In this document: in pieces, positions 21,413-31,399 of the stretch | How the letters are laid out: the number at the start of each line of letters is the position of its first letter | How positions within the stretch are numbered: position 1 is the stretch's first letter | Origin: Chitinophagaceae bacterium | Lineage (GTDB): Bacteria; Bacteroidota; Bacteroidia; Chitinophagales; Chitinophagaceae | Assembly (NCBI GenBank): GCA_016713085.1 | Contig: JADJPV010000002.1 | Coordinates: forward strand, 1,575,352-1,639,351 | Length of the DNA stretch: 64,000 nucleotides | Direction of reading: 5' to 3' | Program-made: the position numbers and the translations under genes | Notes under the pieces: generated by a model | The model's input: only the letters and a program-made list of their open reading frames with translations | Database searches by the model: none | What the model was told of the DNA's origin: nothing

Positions 21413-24400
21413 TTATTTTTCCCGTAAAAAAAGTTTACTCATTGCATCATAAAGCAGTAAATATTGATTGGATTTCCCATCATTATCAAAAAACTTCTCC
21501 CATGTACTTAATGGCTCCCAGATGCAGGTTCCTTTTCCTCTTCCATTGGGTAAACTGAAGGCAATTTTATTGACGTCTTCTTTTAATGCTGAATACTCTA
21601 CCACAATCACATCTTTATTGTAGCGACGAACAAGATCGTTGAGATTATTTTCCAGGTCAGCTAATGTACCATGCCACTTTGGATAGTACGATTCCCCAAT
21701 TACATCAAACTGTACACCACGGGCAATCATGTTATCGATAAAGAAAACAGATTCATCGTTTTGTCCGCCCAATGCAACATGCAACATCATCTGTACAGTT
21801 GGATCAACTGCTTTTACCGCTGCTGTGCCTGCACAAAGCAACTGTGCTGTTTGATCAATATTGCTCACATTCCCTTCGGGCCATACAATGCCATGATTGA
21901 TTTCGTTACCTACCTGCACCATATCAGGAGTGGTACCCTGCGCTTTCAGTTCTTCCATCACCATTTTGGTATAGTCATATAATGCTTGCTTTAATTCTTC
22001 AAATGAAAGATTTTTCCACGCAGCAGGTTTGTATTGCTTTCCGGGATCGGCCCAGTAATCGCTGTAATGAAAATCGAGCAGAAGTTTTAAACCGGCAGCT
22101 TTTACACGCTTCGCCATTTGTTTTGTGTAATCCAGGTTACAGAAACCTTTCTTAGGCGAGTAACCAGCTTCCTGTGCAGGGTCATTAAAAATGCGGAGAC
22201 GCACATAATTAATTCCATGATCTTTTAATATCTCAATCGCATCTTTGGTAACGCCTTTATCTGAAAATTTCATTCCACGCTCTTCTAATTGAGGAAGAAA
22301 AGAAATATCAGCTCCCAGCATTTGATCAACTGTTCTTGGCTTAGCTGCTTCCCCTTTCAGTTTATATTTCTCATCGATTGTAACCGTATTTACATTCTCA
22401 GGTGAAACAGTAATAATATCTGTTGACCCGGTGAACAATCCGCTGGCACCTGCTTCAAACTTAATGATGCCGGGCTTTGTTCCTGCCTGCACAATTACCT
22501 GGCATTTACCATTGAATAAACTCCGTTGCCACGCACCATCCACACATTTATCGGGTTCATGACTGCTGGGATCGCCGTTACCAACGCCGATAATTTTTGC
22601 ATCGCCTTCAATTTTAAACTTGATCATGTTATCTGCATCCGGAACTTCACGGCCTTCACGATCAACAACTGTTATATTCATCACTGTTACATCTTTACCA
22701 TCAGCAAGCATAGTAGTTTTATAAGGCGTTAACACTACTTCTGTTGCTGCACCGGTTGTTTCTACTTTTGATTTAAGGATTCTTCCCTTCTTATTGGCAA
22801 CAGCTTCCAGTTTGCCGGGTTCAAATTCCACCTTCCATTGCAGGTGTCCATTGCGTGGCATATCCTTCTTTCCTAAACTTTTTCCGTTTAAGAACAGTTC
22901 TACATCATCTGCATTACTGTTCACCCACACATCAATTTGTTTCTTTGGTTTACCCCATTCGTTACGATGGTTCCAATGTGGAGAGATATGTAACACATCC
23001 TTATCTGTCCACCAGCTTTGATAGTAGTAATAAATATTTTTTGGAAAGCCGCATACATCCATCACACCAAAATGCGAATTGATATTGGGCCATTTGAATG
23101 GTGTAGGTTCACCACGATAATCAAAACCAGTCCATATAAAACCGCCAAGCCAGAAATCATTTGTTGCAGCAAGTTTCCACCACTCTTCTGCCCTGCTTGC
23201 CCACCACGGTGCTGTAATATCCTGATCGGGTAAGTACCCACGGATAGAATCTTTTTCCAGAATACCACGGGTACTAACGGTGCTGCCCATCTCTGTTCCA
23301 ATGATCGGTTGAGTTGGATGATCGTTGTGATAATCTGCAACAGCAAACTGGCGGTAATTAAAACTGCGTACAGGAATTACTTCATTCACTCCTTTAAACA
23401 CATTGGGTAAATCAGCAGCATAGGTAGACGTACGGGTTGGATCGAGCTGCTTTAATTTACTGATAAATGTTTCAGCAATTCGTTTGCCATGTGATGTAGT
23501 GTGAATCCAGCCTTCTTCATTACCAATGCTCCACATAAATACAGATGTGCGGCTGCGGTCACGTTTTACTAAGCGTTCAAACTGATCCATGTATTCAGCA
23601 CTACTGTTCAGCAATCGCTGTTCATCCATTACCAGCATACCCAAACTGTCGCATGCATCTAACAACTCCGGGGTTGGTGTATTATGACTTGTACGGTATG
23701 CATTGCTGCCAAAATTTTTCAACACACTAATACGGTAGTATTGCAGATAATCAGGCAATGCACTTCCTACACCTGCATGATCCTGGTGATTGTTTGTTCC
23801 AAACAGTTTTATATACTTTCCATTAAGAAAAACACCATTTGGTTTGATTTCAATAGTACGGAAACCAAAGCGGAGCTTTTTGCTGTCAACAACAACTCCA
23901 TTCTGCTTTAACTCAACCACCACACGATAGAGATATGGATTCTCTAATGACCAAAGTGTTGGGTTTGTAACATTAATGATTTGCTTACTTGTTTTCTCTT
24001 CATTTGAATTGATGGTAACTGGTGCTTCTTTTGCAGTGCCGATTTTAACACCGCTTCTGTCAGTTAAATAGGTGTTGACAGAGTAACTGCCGCCGACACT
24101 GTATTCATTGGCTATAGTTGTTTCAACGCTCAATATTGCTTTATTACCGGTGATAGCAGCATAAGCAAAAACACCATCCGTTGCAATATGTGTGTTGGCA
24201 TAACTGTTCAGCCATACATGGCGGTAAATACCGGCACCCTCGTAAAACCAACCTTCATATTGTGTAGCGTCAACCCGAACCGTTATGACATTGTTACGAT
24301 CGTAGTTAATAAAATCAGTTACATCGTAATTCACCCCAACATAACCGCTTTTATTATTTCCAAGATAAAATCCATTGACCCAAACCTGCGCATCACGGAA

Positions 24401-24817
24401 AATTCCATCAAACTGCAATTGAAAACGACGGCCCGAATCGGCTTTTGCAATAGTGAAATGTTTACGGTACCAGCCAATGCTCGTTGCAGGAAATAAACCA
24501 CCTACAGGTTTGTATCCATGACTTTCCACATCGAAATTTTCCACCTGCACAAAAGGAAGTTCCACTGCCCAGTCATGCGGGAGATTGAGCGAACGCCAGC
24601 TGCTGTCGTTAAAACGCAGATCGATAGCAGTACCTGCAGCACCACCCGATTTAGAAAAGATTGTTTTTATACTGTAGTTAAAATCTTTATCGGGATTGGC
24701 GGCATGGCCAAATGCGAATTTCCAGTTGTTATCGAAGTTGACATGAGACCGTTGTGCTGATGCTGACAAGCTTAATCCTGTAACGCAAAGGATAAATGCG
24801 ATAATCTTATGTTTCAT
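21413..24817 (-). CDS. GH2 beta-galactosidase fused to a C-terminal GH53 endo-beta-1,4-galactanase
   Basis: GH2 part: LPHDWAVE, WFYEGAGIYRHVWL, NAYRTSHN, WSIGNEE, TEMGS. GH53 part (about 21416-22320): GADISFL, YVRLRIF, LLDFHYSDYWADPGKQ, VQVGNE, IVVEYS. Confidence 0.9.
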   Translation of the reverse strand: MKHKIIAFILCVTGLSLSASAQRSHVNFDNNWKFAFGHAANPDKDFNYSIKTIFSKSGGAAGTAIDLRFNDSSWRSLNLPHDWAVELPFVQVENFDVESHGYKPVGGLFPATSIGWYRKHFTIAKADSGRRFQLQFDGIFRDAQVWVNGFYLGNNKSGYVGVNYDVTDFINYDRNNVITVRVDATQYEGWFYEGAGIYRHVWLNSYANTHIATDGVFAYAAITGNKAILSVETTIANEYSVGGSYSVNTYLTDRSGVKIGTAKEAPVTINSNEEKTSKQIINVTNPTLWSLENPYLYRVVVELKQNGVVVDSKKLRFGFRTIEIKPNGVFLNGKYIKLFGTNNHQDHAGVGSALPDYLQYYRISVLKNFGSNAYRTSHNTPTPELLDACDSLGMLVMDEQRLLNSSAEYMDQFERLVKRDRSRTSVFMWSIGNEEGWIHTTSHGKRIAETFISKLKQLDPTRTSTYAADLPNVFKGVNEVIPVRSFNYRQFAVADYHNDHPTQPIIGTEMGSTVSTRGILEKDSIRGYLPDQDITAPWWASRAEEWWKLAATNDFWLGGFIWTGFDYRGEPTPFKWPNINSHFGVMDVCGFPKNIYYYYQSWWTDKDVLHISPHWNHRNEWGKPKKQIDVWVNSNADDVELFLNGKSLGKKDMPRNGHLQWKVEFEPGKLEAVANKKGRILKSKVETTGAATEVVLTPYKTTMLADGKDVTVMNITVVDREGREVPDADNMIKFKIEGDAKIIGVGNGDPSSHEPDKCVDGAWQRSLFNGKCQVIVQAGTKPGIIKFEAGASGLFTGSTDIITVSPENVNTVTIDEKYKLKGEAAKPRTVDQMLGADISFLPQLEERGMKFSDKGVTKDAIEILKDHGINYVRLRIFNDPAQEAGYSPKKGFCNLDYTKQMAKRVKAAGLKLLLDFHYSDYWADPGKQYKPAAWKNLSFEELKQALYDYTKMVMEELKAQGTTPDMVQVGNEINHGIVWPEGNVSNIDQTAQLLCAGTAAVKAVDPTVQMMLHVALGGQNDESVFFIDNMIARGVQFDVIGESYYPKWHGTLADLENNLNDLVRRYNKDVIVVEYSALKEDVNKIAFSLPNGRGKGTCIWEPLSTWEKFFDNDGKSNQYLLLYDAMSKLFLREK

Positions 24818-24875
24818 ATTCAGTTTTTGCAGGTAACACGAAGGACAGCAAGGTACGCCTGTGTTACGGATTTAT

Positions 24876-27431
24876 TTATTGAAGTACTATTTTTTCTATT
24901 TCGAGACTGTACGATTTATTGTTTGATTGTTGAATTAAGGGACTGACCGTTATTTCAATTTTTTCGATGTTTTTTAAATTCAGCGCTTCATCAACTGCCG
25001 ACAATTGAAAATACAGCGGTTGAAAACCGGGATACGGCCTTGGCATCAGCAACGCCTTATCGTTTTTGAAATGTACCAGTGGAATTTCCATATCCCGAAA
25101 CTGATTGCTTAAAGAAACAATTGCAGCAAATGCAAAACCATTTTTACTAACCAGTGTAATTTTTACATTCAGCGGTTCCTTGTTTTCTGTTCGTGCCCGT
25201 AGGATGATTTTTGTAAATGAGTTAAGTTCAGAGCTTCTTTGTTGTAATTTATTACCAATGAAATGCTGCAGACCCATTACTTCATCCTCCTTTATATCGG
25301 TAATGCTGAATTTATGAATCAGGGTTCCTGTGCTGCTGCCTGATGCATACCCCGTTTGAAATCCCCTTCTGAAATTGGGTAAAACATGTACTGTTCTGTC
25401 GGTTGAAGGATTGTATAATTCCAGCGAAGAACCTGCTGCTGCAATATTGGTTTTATATGTTTCAAAACTGTAGTTATCCCAAGCAAAAGGATTCCCTTTG
25501 ATTGCACCGGGATAGGTAACAAACTCATTTCCTTCTTGTACCAGTATGCGGTATGGCAGCTGGCCGGTTACTACAACATCAGCAGGAATTTCAGCCGTAT
25601 ACTCATAACCGTTTTTCTTCATGGGTATATTCCGGAATAAACCGCCACCGAGTTTTGATAATTGTACAGAAACACGTGCAGAATCAACTCCTCCAACAAT
25701 CGCTTTGATCAAAAAAGATTTACCGGCGCTTACCTCTGTAAATTGTTCATGCCGCACAACAACTTCTTTTTTAGAAGATAGAGGTGCAACAAACTCACTG
25801 TTATAAGACCATTTTTCATCTGTTAATAAATGACTGATAATGTATTTGCCCGGAGTAATATCAAAGCCATCTTCCAGATTAACTCCTTGCTGTATTGTAT
25901 AATTGTTACCTTGATTGACTGCACGTACAATCAGGTTTCCGCCCAGCCCATCAAGAAATAATTTCATCCTGTTTTTATTCCATTTAATCTGCGTAACTTC
26001 TTTGTTGGGTGATGCACGTTCAAACGGATCCCTTACATAAATTACATCGGGCATTACTTCGAGTATCCACACTCCATCTGAAATTTTATCAAGAAAATAA
26101 GCACCTGTTCCTTCATATTGTACTACAGGTGAACTGCCAACTCCTGCAATATGTTTTAATTCTTTTTTATTAACAGGTACAGTGGTTGTGTTATTGGAAT
26201 AATAAAACTTATCAGCCGCATTCATTTCACTTAATGCATTTGCATAACTCACCCGAAACACATCAAACACACTGTCGGCCGGATATGCACCAAAGTTTTT
26301 CATACGTGGTACACGGTGAAACACTTCAGCAGCAATCATCATGCTGATGGCTTTTGAAGGAGTATAAGCAAGGTTGAGATAATGGGTTTGATACTCTGTA
26401 TTTACATAGGCAATCGCCATTGGATCGTAAGCGAACTGTGTCGCCCATTGAAAGCCGGCTCCCCTGAAACTTTTTGCGATTGCCGGGTACATATAACTAT
26501 CCATTACATCTGCTGCATCAAATTCATACACCATCAATGCTTTGTTTTTAAATGCTGTAACTGTATCACGAAATGGAATTTGATACAGATCTACATTTGG
26601 CAATGTATTTCCTTTGATTGTTTGATTGCCCACCAATCCCGATGGATACCATTGAAAGCTGAAACCATCTACAACTGATGCTGCAACAGCATCGCTGAAG
26701 TATGGGCCTTGTGCAATATTGTAAAATAAAGGTTTGGTAAAGCCTGTACTTTTTACCGCTGCTGCCAAACGGTTTATATAATCCGTCACTCTTTTTTTGG
26801 GGTTACTATGCGAGGGCTCATTGTTCAGTTCAACAGCAATAATATCTTTATCATTTTCGTAACTGAGTTTGGTGTACGGATTAATATGTTTAAAAAACTG
26901 CTTCAGGTAATTTTCCTGTGCACGGATCGCCGTATCATTTGTGGTAAGTTTTCCCCTTCCAAAATAACGGGAGAAACCGGGAGTTGCTTCATCCCGTTCA
27001 GGATAACCATTTCCCCAAAAAGCAATGGGAGTAATAATGGTTTTGATATTTCGTTTTTTTAATTCAGCCAGTAAAAAATCAAATAAACGTAAGTGTTCAT
27101 TCTCAATAAGGTTACCTGCTGTATCACTTATTTCATTATCCCATACATGCACCCGGAATGCATTTAATCCAAGCCGTGAAAAATGATAAACATCATTACG
27201 GATAGCCTGTTCCAGATCAACATTTAATACTTTGTGTGCACGATATGCATGTGCAAAGGGGGTAGTGTAGTTTACGCCAAAAAAACTTGCCTCTGCTTTC
27301 GTTGAAGTGTAACGCAGTACTCCCTGTTTATCTGCATAAACAAGATTAGCCTGCTTTGTTTTTTGTGCAGCAAGCATTGTAACAGAAAAAAATAACACAA
27401 AACAAAAGACTGCTTTCTTGAAATAAATCAT
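24876..27431 (-). CDS. Clan GH-A glycoside hydrolase, probably GH147 beta-galactosidase
   Basis: FFGVNYT, RVHVWD.EISD..GNL, ELNNEP and VYEFDAAD motifs. Its size and its place between GH53 and GH2 match galactan PUL architecture. Confidence 0.65.
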   Translation of the reverse strand: MIYFKKAVFCFVLFFSVTMLAAQKTKQANLVYADKQGVLRYTSTKAEASFFGVNYTTPFAHAYRAHKVLNVDLEQAIRNDVYHFSRLGLNAFRVHVWDNEISDTAGNLIENEHLRLFDFLLAELKKRNIKTIITPIAFWGNGYPERDEATPGFSRYFGRGKLTTNDTAIRAQENYLKQFFKHINPYTKLSYENDKDIIAVELNNEPSHSNPKKRVTDYINRLAAAVKSTGFTKPLFYNIAQGPYFSDAVAASVVDGFSFQWYPSGLVGNQTIKGNTLPNVDLYQIPFRDTVTAFKNKALMVYEFDAADVMDSYMYPAIAKSFRGAGFQWATQFAYDPMAIAYVNTEYQTHYLNLAYTPSKAISMMIAAEVFHRVPRMKNFGAYPADSVFDVFRVSYANALSEMNAADKFYYSNNTTTVPVNKKELKHIAGVGSSPVVQYEGTGAYFLDKISDGVWILEVMPDVIYVRDPFERASPNKEVTQIKWNKNRMKLFLDGLGGNLIVRAVNQGNNYTIQQGVNLEDGFDITPGKYIISHLLTDEKWSYNSEFVAPLSSKKEVVVRHEQFTEVSAGKSFLIKAIVGGVDSARVSVQLSKLGGGLFRNIPMKKNGYEYTAEIPADVVVTGQLPYRILVQEGNEFVTYPGAIKGNPFAWDNYSFETYKTNIAAAGSSLELYNPSTDRTVHVLPNFRRGFQTGYASGSSTGTLIHKFSITDIKEDEVMGLQHFIGNKLQQRSSELNSFTKIILRARTENKEPLNVKITLVSKNGFAFAAIVSLSNQFRDMEIPLVHFKNDKALLMPRPYPGFQPLYFQLSAVDEALNLKNIEKIEITVSPLIQQSNNKSYSLEIEKIVLQ

Positions 27432-27566
27432 TACAGCTTATTATTTAACAGTGTATAATCTGAAAAATTCCCTGTAGAAACAGAGGAAGAATTTAAAAAC
27501 TACTGATTTTACAAAATCAGCTTTTTCATGCCGTTATCCGGCAAATAATATTCACCTGAAGGAAAC

Positions 27567-28610
27567 TTAATTCTTAAATGAATCCATTGCAACAGTTGGC
27601 TTTCCGCTGTTATCAAACGCACCAAGTGTATAGCCTTTCCATCCACCATAACTCTGAGGCTCCCAATACAGTACACCTAAACCTTTACTGCCTGTTACTG
27701 ATTTTACTTTTGTTATAAGATCTGTTATAAACAATTTACATTCTGCCGCATTATCCCAGGGCATCCCAACTTCAACAACCATCACTTCTTTATTGTAAAG
27801 TGAAACCATATCGTTCATATTCACAAGGCATTGTTGGTTGGCACTCCCCCATCCCGCCGCTACATAAGAAGGATACAGAGACATGCCAATTACATCAAAC
27901 TTAGCACCGTTGCTGATTAGTCCGCCAATATTCCAGCGGAATAAAGAATTATCCCAGCCATTTGAAACATGTACAATCACTTTTGCAGAAGCAAACACTG
28001 CTTTCACAGCATCGTAACCTGCATTTACGAGTTGCGCATAATTACTCATGTTGGTGGATGCTCTTCCTTCGGGCCACAACATACCATTGTTGGTTTCATT
28101 ACCCACCTGCACCCATTCGGGAGTTACACCTGCTGTTTTTAACTGATTCAACACATCAGTGGTATGTGCTGACAATGCATTTTTCATATCTGCAAAACTC
28201 ATTGCTGCCCATGCTGCCGGTTTTGTTTGCTGACCAGGATCGGCCCATGAATCGCTGTAATGAAAATCAATCATTACACGCAAACCAAGATTTTTTGCAC
28301 GCAGCGCTTTTGCCACTACATCAGCAGCATTGTTCCAGGCAGGACTTGGGTTAACCCATACTCGCAGGCGAATGGTATTCATGCCAAGTGATTTCATCAA
28401 TGCAAAACACTCTGTTTCTGCACCCGATGCATTGTAAAATTTTTTACCTGATGCTTCCATCTCTGTTATCCAGCCAATATCAGCTCCTTTCACAAATCCT
28501 GTTTCAACAACTGGAGGAACCGGATCCGGAGTCATTTTATTTTTTTTGCAGGTAGATGACAATGCAACTGCTGCAAATAAAAGCCCTGCTGTATAAAGTA
28601 TTTTTCTCAT
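27567..28610 (-). CDS. GH53 endo-beta-1,4-galactanase, probable surface lipoprotein
   Basis: Signal with SSTC Cys; KGADIGW, RLRVWV, IDFHYSDSWADPGQQ, WVQVGNE, VVEVG and YWEP motifs. Confidence 0.92.
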   Translation of the reverse strand: MRKILYTAGLLFAAVALSSTCKKNKMTPDPVPPVVETGFVKGADIGWITEMEASGKKFYNASGAETECFALMKSLGMNTIRLRVWVNPSPAWNNAADVVAKALRAKNLGLRVMIDFHYSDSWADPGQQTKPAAWAAMSFADMKNALSAHTTDVLNQLKTAGVTPEWVQVGNETNNGMLWPEGRASTNMSNYAQLVNAGYDAVKAVFASAKVIVHVSNGWDNSLFRWNIGGLISNGAKFDVIGMSLYPSYVAAGWGSANQQCLVNMNDMVSLYNKEVMVVEVGMPWDNAAECKLFITDLITKVKSVTGSKGLGVLYWEPQSYGGWKGYTLGAFDNSGKPTVAMDSFKN

Positions 28611-29050
28611 TTACTTTTTTGAATTTTATAAATATTACCCTGTAAGAACCTGTGCCTGGTGCGCTGATATTATTACCGCCCGGTTTGGCAGACCAGCAAT
28701 ACCAGTTTGCCGTACGCATTTACCTTGTAAATTATATCGTAAGAACCATTACTGGAAAATACAAATTTGTTACAGGCTGTAAATGCCAAATTGGTTGCTA
28801 CCCTTGATTGGTTGTTGTATTTAAATGTCATTGGTGTTGCAGAAGTGCTCCACACATGTTGATCTCCTGAGAGATAAAATTAAACTGCTGTAAAATTAAC
28901 AGTTCCAGCATTTACAACTTCATTTACTTTCATATAATTCGTTTCCGGGAAAATCAACGATTTCCTGATGTACCGTTAACCAAAGTGGTGGTGCTTCCAC
29001 ACCATTCATATTTTATACCACTGCTTTCCATTCTTGGTGATGAGATTCAA
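28611..29050 (-). pseudogene. Decayed C-terminal fragment of a SusE/SusF-like surface glycan-binding protein
   Basis: Frame-hopping translation gives WSTSATPMTF / NTTTNQ.VATN.AFTA.NKFVFSSNGSYDI.YKVNA.GKLV / AGLPN.GGNNISAPGTGSYRVI. Multiple stops and indels; no N-terminus. Confidence 0.65.
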
Positions 29051-29171
29051 CTCACTTAATAAATCCTTTTAAAAACAAGCAAATCATTACTTAAATGCGT
29101 AAGCCGTATTCACTGGCTTTATAATATTTTCGTTTTTTACGATTATTTTTTTTTTTTTTTCATTATTGGCT

Positions 29172-29179
29172 TATTTTTG
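29172..29179 (+). promoter_or_regulatory. Bacteroidota -7 promoter element TATTTTTG for the DeoR operon, preceded by a T15 tract (29146-29160)
   Basis: Matches TAnnTTTG, directly upstream of the DeoR start. Confidence 0.5.
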
Positions 29180-29184
29180 GTCAA

Positions 29185-29957
29185 ATGTCGATTATGCTTG
29201 CAACGCATAGAAGAGAGAAGATATTAGACTTACTGAGGGAAGATGGTTCGGCCAAAGTATTAAATCTGGCAAAAATCTTTAAGGTAACCGAGGTAACCAT
29301 CCGGCAGGACCTTGAAAAGCTGGAAAAGGATGGCTCCATAACCCGTGAACATGGTGGAGCTTATATTAAAAACATTAAAGATCAGGTTCAGACTTTTTCG
29401 TTAGTGCACCAGGAGAACCTTGATAAAAAGAGTTGATCGCAGAAAAATGCATTGAGTTCATTGAAAGCGGGGATACAATTATATTGGATTCTGGTACCAC
29501 CACTACCGAAGTGGCCAAAAAACTGAAAGGCATGAAAGGCCTTACCGTAATTACCAATGCGCTCAATATAGCATTAATGCTTGGAGCAGAGCCTGGAATT
29601 GAAGTGATTGTTACCGGCGGAGAGTTTAAACCGCCTACTCTGTCATTAACAGGCCAAAAGGCTGCAGATTTTTTCAAAGGGCTGCATGTTCAAAAGTTGT
29701 TTTTGGCTACAGCGGGTATATCATTAAAAGCCGGTCTTACCTACCCAAGTATAAGTGATATAGTAGTTAAAAAAGCAATGATTGAAGCAGCCGAAACAAC
29801 ATATCTGCTGGCCGACTCTACTAAAATAGGCAAAGCCGCTTTTGCAAGCCTGGGTGCTTTATCCCTGATTGATTACATCATAACAGATGCCGGCATTGAA
29901 GAAAAGCACAAACAGGTATTTAAGGATAATGAAATTGAATTAATAATAGCAAGCTGA
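29185..29957 (+). CDS. DeoR/GlpR family transcriptional regulator; single-base frameshift near 29427
   Basis: HTH ...VTEVTIRQDLEKLE...HGGA in the first frame. The sensor domain (IILDSGTTT, ITNALNIA, LADSTKIG) is in the shifted frame; the join ENLDKK/ELIAEK lies in an A-run. Confidence 0.9.
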
Positions 29958-29962
29958 TAACA

Positions 29963-31378
29963 ATGGCAAATACTAAACAAACAACACTGGGCGTAATCAT
30001 TGGCAACCGTGATTTCTTTCCTGACAAACTGGTTGCTGAGGCAAGAAACGAAATTCTTGACTTGTTCAAAAAACTTAACATCACTCCCGTTTTATTGAGC
30101 GATGCCGATTCAAAACTGGGTGGTGTAGAAACTTTTGCAGAAGCACAAAAATGTGCGGCTCTGTTCAATAAACATGCGGAAGAAATTGACGGTATCCTTG
30201 TAGTCCTTCCCAACTTTGGTGACGAAAAAGGTGTGGCTGAAACCATTAAATGGTCAGGCTTGAATGTTCCTGTTTTAATACAGGCTTATCCTGATGATTT
30301 GGGCAAAATGGATGTTGTAAACAGAAGGGATGCCTGGTGTGGTAAGATTTCAGTTTGCAATAATTTATATCAGTTTGGTATAAAATATTCCTTAACAACA
30401 AAGCATGTAGTAAGTCCGAAAAACGAATCGTTTATCAGCGACTTAAAACAATTTACAGCAGTATGCCGTGTGGTGAAAGGCTTACGTAAAGTGCGCATTG
30501 GTGCAGTTGGAGCAAGACCGGGAGCATTTAATACAGTCCGTTACAGTGAAAAGATTTTACAGCGCAATGGTATTTCGGTTACTACGGTTGATTTATCAGA
30601 AATATTAGGCAATGCCAACAAACTAACTGCTGATGATAAATCAGTAAAAGAAAAATTAGAAAAAATTCATGCGTATACAAATACAGGATTAACGCCACCG
30701 GATAAATTAGTACAGATAGCAAAACTGGATGTAGTGCTGGCCAATTTTATGGCTGAAAATTATCTGGACGCATCTGCTATTCAATGCTGGACATCGTTGC
30801 AGCAAAACTATGGCTGTAATGTGTGCACCAGTATGAGTATGATGAGTGAGCATATGCTGCCATCTGCCTGTGAAGTAGATGTTACCGGAACATTAAGTAT
30901 GTATGCTATGCAATTGGCAAGCGGCTCCCCTTCTGCCCTGGTTGACTGGAATAATAACTATGCAGATGACGATACAAAATGCGTATTGTTTCACTGTGGT
31001 AACTGGGCCAAGTCATTTTTGCCCGATATAACCATCAGCACCGCTCCAATCCTTGGTACTTCTGTAGGTACTGAAAATACATATGGAGCATTAGATGGAC
31101 GTACACCAGCCATGCCTCTTACTTATGGCCGAATCAGTACAGATGATTGTAAAGGAATTATCAAAGCATATATTGGTGAAGGTGAATTAACCAACGATGC
31201 ATTAAACACATTTGGTAACAGAGCAGTAGCGCAAATTGACAACCTGCAGGGTTTAATGCAGTATGTGTGCCGTAATGGCTTTGAACACCATGTTGTAATG
31301 AATGCCAGTAAAACAGCAGGCATTTTAAAAGAAGCATTTGAAAATTATTTGGGATGGGAAACCTATTCTCATTCCTGA
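29963..31378 (+). CDS. L-fucose/L-arabinose isomerase family protein (candidate D-apiose isomerase)
   Basis: NFGDE, DAWCGKISV, AIQCW, SACEVD, LFHCGN and GFEHHV motifs. Confidence 0.8.
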   Translation: MANTKQTTLGVIIGNRDFFPDKLVAEARNEILDLFKKLNITPVLLSDADSKLGGVETFAEAQKCAALFNKHAEEIDGILVVLPNFGDEKGVAETIKWSGLNVPVLIQAYPDDLGKMDVVNRRDAWCGKISVCNNLYQFGIKYSLTTKHVVSPKNESFISDLKQFTAVCRVVKGLRKVRIGAVGARPGAFNTVRYSEKILQRNGISVTTVDLSEILGNANKLTADDKSVKEKLEKIHAYTNTGLTPPDKLVQIAKLDVVLANFMAENYLDASAIQCWTSLQQNYGCNVCTSMSMMSEHMLPSACEVDVTGTLSMYAMQLASGSPSALVDWNNNYADDDTKCVLFHCGNWAKSFLPDITISTAPILGTSVGTENTYGALDGRTPAMPLTYGRISTDDCKGIIKAYIGEGELTNDALNTFGNRAVAQIDNLQGLMQYVCRNGFEHHVVMNASKTAGILKEAFENYLGWETYSHS

Positions 31379-31399
31379 CTTGGAAACTGAACAGGTAAA

